This document shows, in pieces, positions 18,617 through 29,068 of a DNA stretch of 32,000 nt. Source of the DNA: Phycisphaera mikurensis NBRC 102666 (GTDB lineage Bacteria > Planctomycetota > Phycisphaerae > Phycisphaerales > Phycisphaeraceae). The translations under genes and the position numbers were made by a program. The notes beneath the pieces are model-generated. The model did no database searches. It saw nothing but the letters and a program-made list of their open reading frames with translations, and was not told the origin of the DNA. The stretch spans positions 1,290,001 through 1,322,000 of the forward strand of contig NC_017080.1 in NCBI RefSeq assembly GCF_000284115.1, in the 5' to 3' direction. Within the stretch, counting starts at the first letter, position 1; the number at the start of each line of letters is the position of its first letter.

Positions 18617-19020
18617 AGCCGACCCGCCATCCAGCCCCCTCGCATACAAGCCGGCGAGGCGGCGTCGCCGCTCCGCCCGCGCAGCTCTCCCGGCCGGCGC
18701 GGAGGCAGCGGAGGAGCCGATCGTGCGGAGTTGCTTCCATCCGGCTTTGCCTCCTCCGCGTGAAGGAGCACCGCTGCCCACCCGCCGACCGGTCTCCAGC
18801 CGCGGACTGTGGAGCCGCACGGCTAGATTCACCGACGGTCCGCGGTGGCGGAGCCTCATCCGGCGGACCCGATGCCCCGCTTCCCGAGCGATCGCGGAAC
18901 GGCCGGCACGTCCCGGACGCGGGTTGCTCATGGTGTCTGCATCGCCTCCTGCGGTCGGCGGAGCGCGGCCCGTGCCGGAAGGATCCCGCAGAGCCGCGCG
19001 GCGATGACGGAGCCACGAAC

Positions 19021-19866
19021 ATGGACAGGAGCCGAGCCAACACCTGGACCTCCGACGCGCTCCAACGCGGCGACATCGGTGCCATCCAGGAGCGGTTTGC
19101 GGCAGACCCCGGCTACGCGGAGGCCCGGGACTTCGTCGGAGACACCCCGCTGCTCACGGCGGTCTCCTTCGATCACCTCCCCCTGGTGGCGTGGTTGCTC
19201 GATCGCGGCGCCGATCCCAACGCCCCGGTGGACGACGGGTACACCTGCCTGCTGACCGCGGTGGAGTCCGATTCGGCGGATTCGGTCTCGCTGGTGGACA
19301 CGCTCCTCCGGGCGGGTGCGGACGTCAACGCCGCGGGCACGAACGGTTGGACGCCTCTGCACATGGCGGCCGCCCACGGCCACGTGCAGAAGGCTCGCCT
19401 GCTGATCGGCGCCGGCGCCGACGTCAACCGCCGGAAGGACATCGATGGCGAGGAGACGCCGCTGATGGAAGCGGCTCACGCCGGACGGGCCGGGGCCGTG
19501 TCGCTCCTGCTGGCGAGCGGGGCCGATGCCTCGTTGCGCGACACGGTGCACGGCCGGACCCCGCTGGACACGGCGAAATCCGCGGCCTGCGGGCTCGATC
19601 CGGGGGTGCTGAAGCTGATCGAATCGGAGTTCCCGCCCGGCAACGCCGCCGCGCTCCTGAGCGAGGCAGGCGTGCCGGCGGACGGCCTGGGGGAGATCGC
19701 GGAGGCGGTCGGGGCGTTGGACTTCCGGCAGATGTACCGCGACGCGACGCGGAAGCGGCTCGAGGAGGGCGATTTCGCCGCGGTGATCCGGATCCTGGAA
19801 GCGCACGCCGGATCGCTCGACGGCGGGGAGCGAAAGGGGGAGGATGCGTCCGGCTGCTCTTCGTGA
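19021..19866 (+). CDS. Ankyrin-repeat protein
   Basis: Repeats of the ankyrin consensus: GDTPLLTAVSFDHLPLVAWLLDRGADPN, GWTPLHMAAAHGHVQKARLLIGAGADVN, ETPLMEAAHAGRAGAVSLLLASGADAS and GRTPLDTA. GGAG lies 9 nt upstream of ATG 19021. The in-frame upstream part of the track ORF is Arg/Pro-rich junk. Confidence 0.85.
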   Translation: MDRSRANTWTSDALQRGDIGAIQERFAADPGYAEARDFVGDTPLLTAVSFDHLPLVAWLLDRGADPNAPVDDGYTCLLTAVESDSADSVSLVDTLLRAGADVNAAGTNGWTPLHMAAAHGHVQKARLLIGAGADVNRRKDIDGEETPLMEAAHAGRAGAVSLLLASGADASLRDTVHGRTPLDTAKSAACGLDPGVLKLIESEFPPGNAAALLSEAGVPADGLGEIAEAVGALDFRQMYRDATRKRLEEGDFAAVIRILEAHAGSLDGGERKGEDASGCSS

Positions 19867-19891
19867 TCCTGATCGAACGTTGACCCCGCCC

Positions 19892-20731
19892 TCAGGGCTT
19901 CGCGCCGTCAAAGCTCGTGGAGAACCGCATGTTGTCGAAGAAGATCTCGATGTCGTCGTGCTGACCGCCCTTGCAGTAGACGCCGTAGTGCACGTCGATG
20001 TCGTTGTTGCTGGCGTTCTTCCAGTTGTTGCCGAGCTTGCCGCTGTACGTGCTGATCGTCTTCCAGCGGCTGCCGTCCTTGTAGTAGAGCCGGCACTCGC
20101 CCCCGCCGGTGTGGTTCGCCTTGATCTTGAGGATGAAGCGGTGCCACTTGCCCTTCTCGAGGAAACCGAGCCGGTGGTTCTTGTAGCCGTCGCTACCGTC
20201 CTTGTCGCCCTTCCCCCACCTGCGGCTGAGGATCCACTCGAACTGGTTCCGGTCGTTGGTCTTGGGCTTCAGCTCGATGGCGACGATCGGGCCCACCGGG
20301 CCCTGCTGCACCTGCAGCGGGATGACCCACTTGTCCTTGTGCAGGTCCACCCACTTGGGCAGGTAGAAGGCACCGCCGATGTACCGCGTCTGCCCCGCGT
20401 ACCACTGGTTGGGGTTGACGAGGTAGATCTCGCTGCGCGACTTCTTGTCGTTCCCGCCGCGGCTGACGCGGGCGCGGATCGACTTCTGGCCGCTCAGCCG
20501 CGGGCTGTCGCGGATCGACGGCCGCTGCCCGCGGCCCTCGATTCTGTTGATGAAGTGGGTGTTCCCGTCTTCCTTGTAGAGACCGCCGGTCCACGCCGGC
20601 TTGTCGCGCGTCGTGACGCTGGCGTTCTCCCCGGTGTTTTCGAAGAGCCGGCCCGCGTCGGCGGGGGGCGCGGCGACACCACCGGCCAGCGCGAGCGCAG
20701 CGGCGACGATCCAGGGGCGAGGGAGTTGCAT
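19892..20731 (-). CDS. Secreted jelly-roll / polysaccharide-lyase-like protein (functional call tentative)
   Basis: Signal peptide MQLPRPWIVAAALALAGGVAAPPADA from ATG 20731, with AAGGA 5 nt upstream. It is Lys/Asn/Trp/Tyr-rich with a pattern (RSEIYL..., YIGGAFYLPKW, IPLQVQQGP, KGKWHRFILKIKAN, CRLYYKDG, IDVHYGVYC) that recalls the concanavalin-like polysaccharide lyase family from memory. G+C is lower than in the neighbours. Confidence 0.7.
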   Translation of the reverse strand: MQLPRPWIVAAALALAGGVAAPPADAGRLFENTGENASVTTRDKPAWTGGLYKEDGNTHFINRIEGRGQRPSIRDSPRLSGQKSIRARVSRGGNDKKSRSEIYLVNPNQWYAGQTRYIGGAFYLPKWVDLHKDKWVIPLQVQQGPVGPIVAIELKPKTNDRNQFEWILSRRWGKGDKDGSDGYKNHRLGFLEKGKWHRFILKIKANHTGGGECRLYYKDGSRWKTISTYSGKLGNNWKNASNNDIDVHYGVYCKGGQHDDIEIFFDNMRFSTSFDGAKP

Positions 20732-20844
20732 GCTGATCCTTCTGAAAGAGGAGAGAGATGGAGCCCAGCGGCTCGGCCAAGAGGCGGTCGAAGCGGCGAA
20801 ACGATCCGCCGCGTGTTCCGCCGGCGGAGGGCCGGGCGGGAACG

Positions 20845-20856
20845 GCAAACGTTTGC
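20845..20856. promoter_or_regulatory. Perfect 12-bp palindrome GCAAACGTTTGC, a candidate LacI/PurR-type operator
   Basis: The palindrome lies 114-125 nt upstream of ATG 20731 in a non-coding gap. AAACGTTT is the centre of LacI/GalR/PurR-family operator consensus sequences. Confidence 0.35.
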
Positions 20857-21151
20857 AGTATGAATCCTACCGCCGGAAGCGGCTTCCGGGTGGCCGGAGG
20901 AGGCGGCGGCGCGATTTTCAGGGGTTCCCCCAGGTCCGGCCACTTGTTCCATCGGGCTGCGTCGCCGCGCCGTGTTCGCGGCGTGCAAGCCTCCCGTGGC
21001 GGGCTCGGCTTCCCCGACGCGGGCCATGATGGATCCGCCGCCGCCGTCGCCGCGGCGTTCCCTTGCCGCGAGCGGCCGCGTGTGCGCTTCTGCCCGCTGG
21101 CCTTGGCTCCTCGGATGGCTGTGGCGGCCCGCCCCGTGCCGCGGGGCGGCT

Positions 21152-21201
21152 GGCCGCGGACCATCGTGCGGCGGGGCCCCGGACGCCGACGGTCCGCGGC
21201 C
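21152..21201. repeat. Palindromic element GGCCGCGGACC-N28-GGTCCGCGGCC, copy 2, just downstream of the carB stop
   Basis: Perfect 11-bp arms at 21152-21162 and 21191-21201, with the same arm sequence and the same 28-nt spacing as copy 1. It starts 7 nt after the carB stop (21208-21210) on the minus strand. A second 8-bp GC hairpin lies at 21129-21149. Confidence 0.55.
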
Positions 21202-21207
21202 GCGGCC

Positions 21208-24666
<3,459 letters not shown>

Positions 24667-24729
24667 GGGGCGGGAGCGTAATGGCGCGGGGTGGGCAGCG
24701 GCTCCGCCGCTCATGCCGCTTCGCGGCAG

Positions 24730-24854
24730 GCAAGCGCGGAAGCGAAGAAGCGAAGAAGCGAGGCGGTCAGAGAGTGCGGCCTGCGGCCGTGTCGGAGGCG
24801 CCTCGACGCATGGCTGACTTCTTCGCTCGCTCTCTTCTTCGCTTCTTCGCTTGC
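24730..24854. repeat. Roughly 125-bp imperfect hairpin built from GAAGAAGC-type purine repeats, in the carB 5' leader
   Basis: The 41-nt arms are gcaagcgcggaagcgaagaagcgaagaagcgaggcggtcag (24730-24770) and ctgacttcttcgctcgctctcttcttcgcttcttcgcttgc (24814-24854). They are complementary at 32 of 41 positions by hand alignment, with a 43-nt loop. The element fills most of the 194-bp gap between the ThiF-like stop and the carB ATG. Confidence 0.65.
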
Positions 24855-24860
24855 TTCTCC

Positions 24861-26051
24861 TCACCCCCCGAGCAAACGGGCCACGAGGACCCGGGCCCGG
24901 GCCGGATCGCCCGTTCCGCGCACGAGGCAGCGGCCGTCGGCGAAGAGGGTGAACTCTTCGGGGCCTCCCGCGGGCGTGACGAACCGGAGGAGGTGCTCGT
25001 TCGTGCGGAGGATCTCGGTGCCTGCCGGCAGACTCGCGGCGACGGCGGGGAGCACCGGGGCGGGCGTGCCCGGGGCGGGGCTGACCTGCACGGCGCCGCG
25101 GCCGCAGAGGACGGCGGCCGCGGACCGCGGCGCGTTTTCGAGGAAATCGAACGCGGTCCGCGGATGCTCGGGCACGAGGGCGGCGACGTCGAGGTGGCCG
25201 GAGCGGTTGCCCCACAGATCGACGTGCCAGAGCTTCGGGTTCACCGCGGGCCAGTCGCCCAGCAGCACCTTGAGCACCTCGGCGGCCTGGTAGCCGGCGA
25301 CGTGGTGGATCAGCGGGCCGAGCACGCCGGCGGTGTCGCAGGTGGGCACGGCCCCGGCGGCGGGGGGTTCGGGAACCAGCTCGCGGAGCGTAGGGGTGGC
25401 GATGCCGGCGATTTCCCAAGGCGTCTGGCGCGTCGCGGTGCGGGGGAGCAGGCAGAACGCCGTGCCGGCGGTGCCGACGGCGCCGCCGTACGCGTAGGGG
25501 ATCGCGTGCTTGACGGAGACGTCGTCCAGCAGGAAACGCGTGGCGAAGTGATCCAGGCCGTCGGCGATGCAGCCGACCCTCCGGCCGCCGCCGCGCACGC
25601 CGCAGAGGGCTTCGGCGTTGGCGGAGGTGAGATCGACGGCGTGCGCCTCGACCGCGACCAAGGGGTCGATCGCCCGCAGCCGCTCGGCGGCGGCGAGCGC
25701 CTTGGGGCGGCCGTCGCGGGCGTCCGCCTCGGTGAAGAGGATCTGCCGCTGGAGGTTGCTCTCCTCGACGACGTCGCGGTCGACGAGCACGAGGCGGCCC
25801 ACGCCGGCCCGGCAGAGCGTCTCGGCGAGGACCCCGCCGAGCGCCCCGACGCCGGCGATGAGCACGCTGCTCCCGGCGAGGCGGCCTTGCCCGGCGTCGC
25901 CCACGCCGGGCAGCCGGGCCTGCCGGGCGTGACGCGGGCGCGATGGGGGGGTGGCGGGCACGGGGGCGGCAGGATGAGGCACGGGCGATGCTTGCGGCGG
26001 GCGCTGCGGGGCGGTGGAGAAAAGAAAAAGCTTCCCAAGGGGGCCGCACAT
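24861..26051 (-). CDS. ThiF/MoeB/HesA-family adenylyltransferase (E1-like) with a C-terminal extension
   Basis: [64 protein letters not shown] (Rossmann GxGxxG plus the RQ motif), the [10 protein letters not shown] loop and [12 protein letters not shown] in the C-terminal domain. I start at ATG 26051, because the longer track ORF overlaps the divergent gene. Confidence 0.85.
   Translation of the reverse strand: MCGPLGKLFLFSTAPQRPPQASPVPHPAAPVPATPPSRPRHARQARLPGVGDAGQGRLAGSSVLIAGVGALGGVLAETLCRAGVGRLVLVDRDVVEESNLQRQILFTEADARDGRPKALAAAERLRAIDPLVAVEAHAVDLTSANAEALCGVRGGGRRVGCIADGLDHFATRFLLDDVSVKHAIPYAYGGAVGTAGTAFCLLPRTATRQTPWEIAGIATPTLRELVPEPPAAGAVPTCDTAGVLGPLIHHVAGYQAAEVLKVLLGDWPAVNPKLWHVDLWGNRSGHLDVAALVPEHPRTAFDFLENAPRSAAAVLCGRGAVQVSPAPGTPAPVLPAVAASLPAGTEILRTNEHLLRFVTPAGGPEEFTLFADGRCLVRGTGDPARARVLVARLLGG
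25116..25163. repeat. Palindromic element GGCCGCGGACC-N28-GGTCCGCGG, copy 3, inside the ThiF-like CDS and in frame
   Basis: Arms at 25116-25126 and 25155-25163 with the same 28-nt spacing. On the coding strand it is translated as [16 protein letters not shown]. Confidence 0.45.
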
Positions 26052-26080
26052 CTCTACGGTCGCGGTCGACGCCGGGGCGT

Positions 26081-26116
26081 CACTTCTTCCGCCGCGGTCT
26101 GCGGCACTTCCTTCCG
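26081..26116. promoter_or_regulatory. Direct repeat CACTTC(C)TTCCG x2 in the divergent ThiF-like / zinc-ribbon-gene promoter gap
   Basis: cacttcttccg (26081-26091) and cacttccttccg (26105-26116), 24 nt apart, within the 76-bp intergenic region. The complement is purine-rich GGAAGAAG, like the arms of the carB-leader hairpin. Confidence 0.25.
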
Positions 26117-26127
26117 AGGGTCCAAAC

Positions 26128-27549
26128 ATGCTGATGACGATCGATTGTCCCGCGTGCGGGCAGCCGCTGAAGGTGCCCGGCGAGGCCGCCGGGAAGCGCG
26201 CGAAGTGCAACGCGTGCGAGGCCCGCTTCGTGGTGCCCTCGGCGGAGGAGATGCTCGAGTCGACGGTGAGCAGCCTCGCCGAGGAGGAGCTCCAGGACCG
26301 CCGGCGCGGCCGGGCGGCGGCGGCGGCCCAGCGGGGCTCTCCCGCGGCCGCGGCGCCGGGCGGCGTGGCCGCGGCCGCGCGGCCGGCGCCGCCTGCGCCC
26401 GCGGACCGCTCGGGCGTCGAGGCGGCCGCCGGCGGCACCCTCGTGGGCGTCCCGGCGGTCGAGCCCGAGCCGTCAAGCTCGTCCACCGGCGACCCGCTCG
26501 CCGGTGCGCCGCTGACCATCGACAGCTTCGGCGGCAGCGCGGTGGGGATCCCCGCGATCGGCGACGGCGAGGCGGAGCCCGAGGAGGCCGACGCGCCCGT
26601 CGCCTACAGCCAGGACGTCGCGCCGAGCGGGCGGCGGCCGCACCTGGTGGTCCGCCGCGTGAGCGTCGACGGCGTCACCCTCGGCTTCGCGTCGGAGTGG
26701 CTCGCGAACGACCGTTTCCGCGGGTCGATGCCGGTCCGCGGCGTCTTCGGCGGCCAGCGGGAGCGGGCCCGCCTGAAGGCGCGGCCGATGGTCTTCATCG
26801 ACAAGGTGAAGGACCCGTCGCTGCAGTGCCGCCTCATCGAGATCCGGCACGAGTGCGAGAGCCCCGGCGAGGGAGAAGAGGGCCGCGTGTTGCTGCTGAA
26901 GAAGATGGGCAGGATCGCGGGCATGCGGAGTCCTTTCGACCTGCCCATGCCCTACTACGTCGACAAGGGCGAGGAAGCGCCCGCCTTGGACTGCCGGGTC
27001 CTCGAGAGCTCGTCCATCGCGAGCACGGCGATCTGCGAGGTCACCATCCCCCATGGAGCGGTGGCGGCGGACTGGATGGCGTCGGTCAATGGTGTCTGCT
27101 GCGAGGAGCTGGGGATGCTGCGGCGGGAGGTCGAACGCATGGGCGCGTCGGCCTGGTCGCGCCTCCCGCGGGACGTCCGCCAGCGGCTGGAACCCTGGTG
27201 CCGCTTCAAGCCGCGGGAGCGGTTCCTGGGCTACTTCAACGACCCCGACTTCACGAGAGCCGAGCGGGGCCTCGCCGGGGTGGTGCTCACCGACGCCCGG
27301 CTCATCTACCACCGCTTCCGCCGCCTGCGCGACGTGCCGCTGCACAAGCCGGTCACGCTGCACCTCCGCGAGGACGGCCCGCTGACCCGCTTGGCGGTGT
27401 CGTACGGCGGCAACCGGGCCAAGGTCGGCAAGCTGGCGACGCGGCGGGTCGGCGACTTCCTCGGGACGCTGCCCCCGGGCCACCAGCTGAAGCTCGACGG
27501 GCCCTCGCCCGTGGCGGCGGGGTCGGATCCGGACTCGGATCCGGACTGA
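26128..27549 (+). CDS. Zinc-ribbon protein with a conserved C-terminal domain of unknown function (paralog A)
   Basis: MLMTIDCPACGQPLKVPGEAAGKRAKCNACEARFVVPSAEEMLESTV is a CPxCG-X16-CxxC ribbon. An Ala/Pro/Gly/Glu-rich linker follows, then a roughly 300-aa domain from RRPHLVVRRVSVDG to TLPPGHQLKLD. High GC3. The start is chosen by alignment with paralog B, and GAGGG lies upstream. Confidence 0.8.
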   Translation: MLMTIDCPACGQPLKVPGEAAGKRAKCNACEARFVVPSAEEMLESTVSSLAEEELQDRRRGRAAAAAQRGSPAAAAPGGVAAAARPAPPAPADRSGVEAAAGGTLVGVPAVEPEPSSSSTGDPLAGAPLTIDSFGGSAVGIPAIGDGEAEPEEADAPVAYSQDVAPSGRRPHLVVRRVSVDGVTLGFASEWLANDRFRGSMPVRGVFGGQRERARLKARPMVFIDKVKDPSLQCRLIEIRHECESPGEGEEGRVLLLKKMGRIAGMRSPFDLPMPYYVDKGEEAPALDCRVLESSSIASTAICEVTIPHGAVAADWMASVNGVCCEELGMLRREVERMGASAWSRLPRDVRQRLEPWCRFKPRERFLGYFNDPDFTRAERGLAGVVLTDARLIYHRFRRLRDVPLHKPVTLHLREDGPLTRLAVSYGGNRAKVGKLATRRVGDFLGTLPPGHQLKLDGPSPVAAGSDPDSDPD

Positions 27550-27676
27550 CGCTCGCGACGCGGCCGCGGGCGCCGCCGGGCCGCCGCACCCCTGCCCGCT
27601 CGGTAGACTCCCGGTGCGGCGCACTCGCGCTGGCACCGCCCGCGGTTCTCGCGGGCCGATTCCATCGGAGAACGAG

Positions 27677-29068
27677 ATGCTGATGACGATCGATTGTCCG
27701 GCCTGCGGCGAACCTCTGCAGGTGCCCGAGCAGGCGGCGGGACGGCGGGCGAAGTGCAACCACTGCGACGGCCGCTTCGTGGTGCCCTCGGCGGAGGACC
27801 TGCTCGAGAGCACGGTCACCCACTTCGCGCTCGACGAGATGGACCAGCGCCGGCGCGAGCACCGCTACGAGGAAGCCGGTGGCTCGGGTGTGGCGGCCGT
27901 CGCCGAGGCGTCCGCCGCGGCGCGGACACGATCCGCCCCCCGCGAGCCCGATCTCTCGGGCGGCACGGTGGTGGGGATCTCCGCCGTGGGCCGCAACCCG
28001 GCGGCGGGCTCGCCCGGGGACACCGCCACCGGGGTGCCCCTCACCGTCGACCGCCTCGGTGGCTCCTCCTCGGGCGCCACGCCGGAAGAGGACCCGCCGC
28101 CCGCGACCGCGGGCGCGGCCAGCGACTACCCGCAGGACCTCCGCGCGGCCGCGGAGCGGCCGCACCTGGTGGTCCGCCGCGTCAGCCTCGACGGCGTGCT
28201 GCTGGCTTTCGACGCGAGGTGGCTGCACCACGATCGGTTCCGCGCGTCGATGCCGGTGCGGAGCGCCTTCAACGGCGAGGCCGATGCGGCGAAGCTGACG
28301 GCCCGGCCGATGGTCTTCCTCGACGCGGTGGAGGAGGCGGCGCCGCGTGCGCGTCCGATCGAGTTGCGGTACGAGCACGAGAACGTGCACCAGGCGACGA
28401 CCGCGGCGATGCTCGACTCGATCGGCTGTCTGCGGGGGGTGCGTGCCCCCTTCGATCGGCCGATCCTCTACTACGCCCACTCGGACGACGCGGTGCCCGC
28501 GCTCTCCTGCCGGGTGCGAGAGGTGGGCGACGAGCGGGACGCGCAGGTCTGCGAGGTGCTCGTGCCGCACGGCCGCGTGGCGGCGGAATGGCTCGCGGCG
28601 GTCAACGGCCGCTGCGGCGAGGACTACGCCAAGCTCGGCGCGGAGGTGGAGAGCATCGGCCAGACGGCCTGGGACGGCCTGCCGCAGAAGGTGAAGATGC
28701 GGCTGGAGCCCTGGTGCGCCTTCCAGCGCGGCGAGCGTTTCCTCGCCTACTTCAACGACCCCGACTTCACCTCCAGCGAGGCCGGCCTCGCCGGCGTGGT
28801 CGTGACCGACAAGCGTTTGATCTACCACAAGTACCGGCGGCTGCGGAGCGTTTCGCTGCGGTCCGCGGCCACGCTGCACCTCCGCCGGGATGGCGCCGTG
28901 ACGCGGCTGACGGTCACCGCCGGCGAGCGGCGGGCCAAGGCCGGGAAGATGCCGCACGCCAAGGTGGCGGACTTCCTCAAGACGCTTCCCCCGGGGCACC
29001 GGCTCGCGCTGGATGCACCGCACCTGGGCCTCTCGTCCCGTCCACCCGCCGCATCGTCGCACCCGTAG
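27677..29068 (+). CDS. Zinc-ribbon protein with a conserved C-terminal domain of unknown function (paralog B)
   Basis: MLMTIDCPACGEPLQVPEQAAGRRAKCNHCDGRFVVPSAEDLLESTV, a linker, then ERPHLVVRRVSLDG...TLPPGHRLALD. GGAG lies 6 nt upstream of the ATG. It is collinear with paralog A along its whole length. Confidence 0.8.
   Translation: MLMTIDCPACGEPLQVPEQAAGRRAKCNHCDGRFVVPSAEDLLESTVTHFALDEMDQRRREHRYEEAGGSGVAAVAEASAAARTRSAPREPDLSGGTVVGISAVGRNPAAGSPGDTATGVPLTVDRLGGSSSGATPEEDPPPATAGAASDYPQDLRAAAERPHLVVRRVSLDGVLLAFDARWLHHDRFRASMPVRSAFNGEADAAKLTARPMVFLDAVEEAAPRARPIELRYEHENVHQATTAAMLDSIGCLRGVRAPFDRPILYYAHSDDAVPALSCRVREVGDERDAQVCEVLVPHGRVAAEWLAAVNGRCGEDYAKLGAEVESIGQTAWDGLPQKVKMRLEPWCAFQRGERFLAYFNDPDFTSSEAGLAGVVVTDKRLIYHKYRRLRSVSLRSAATLHLRRDGAVTRLTVTAGERRAKAGKMPHAKVADFLKTLPPGHRLALDAPHLGLSSRPPAASSHP

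Noticed and set aside
18581-18931. 116-aa minus-strand ORF in the leuS-ankyrin gap
   Set aside because: It is Arg-rich with no motifs. About a quarter of its codons end in A/T, well below the near-uniform G/C third positions of the real genes here. There is no Shine-Dalgarno sequence.
16467-19085. 872-aa minus-strand ORF 16467..19085 and plus-strand ORFs inside leuS
   Set aside because: They are out of frame with or antisense to leuS, whose HIGH/KMSKS-containing frame is unambiguous. The sequence is Arg/Gly/Pro-rich.
21129-21149. GC hairpins (here, 9636-9663 and 29069-29087) considered as classical intrinsic terminators
   Set aside because: None is followed by a U-tract, and stable GC hairpins arise easily at this base composition. 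They are kept only as low-confidence candidates or not called.
24765-24774. GGTCAGAGAG, which resembles the PyrR-binding loop (UCCAGAGAGG) upstream of a pyrimidine gene
   Set aside because: The motif is on the plus strand, whereas the carB mRNA is the minus strand, so it would not appear in the transcript. The match is also imperfect.
24730-24854. Repetitive GAAGAAGCG units considered as a possible CRISPR array or tandem-repeat array
   Set aside because: The units are 8-9 nt with no spacers and form the two complementary arms of a single hairpin. There are no cas genes and no regularly spaced 25-40-nt repeats.
26014-26127. Longer start (ATG 26014, [10 protein letters not shown]...) for paralog A
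   Set aside because: It would overlap the divergent ThiF-like start at 26051. Paralog B aligns from MLMTIDC with its own GGAG Shine-Dalgarno, so 26128 is the consistent start.
26632-26673. RRPHLVVRRVSVDG in the paralogs considered as a PilZ c-di-GMP motif (RxxxR ... D/NxSxxG)
   Set aside because: The two halves are adjacent rather than ~20-30 residues apart, and the D/N position is Arg, so the motif does not fit PilZ.
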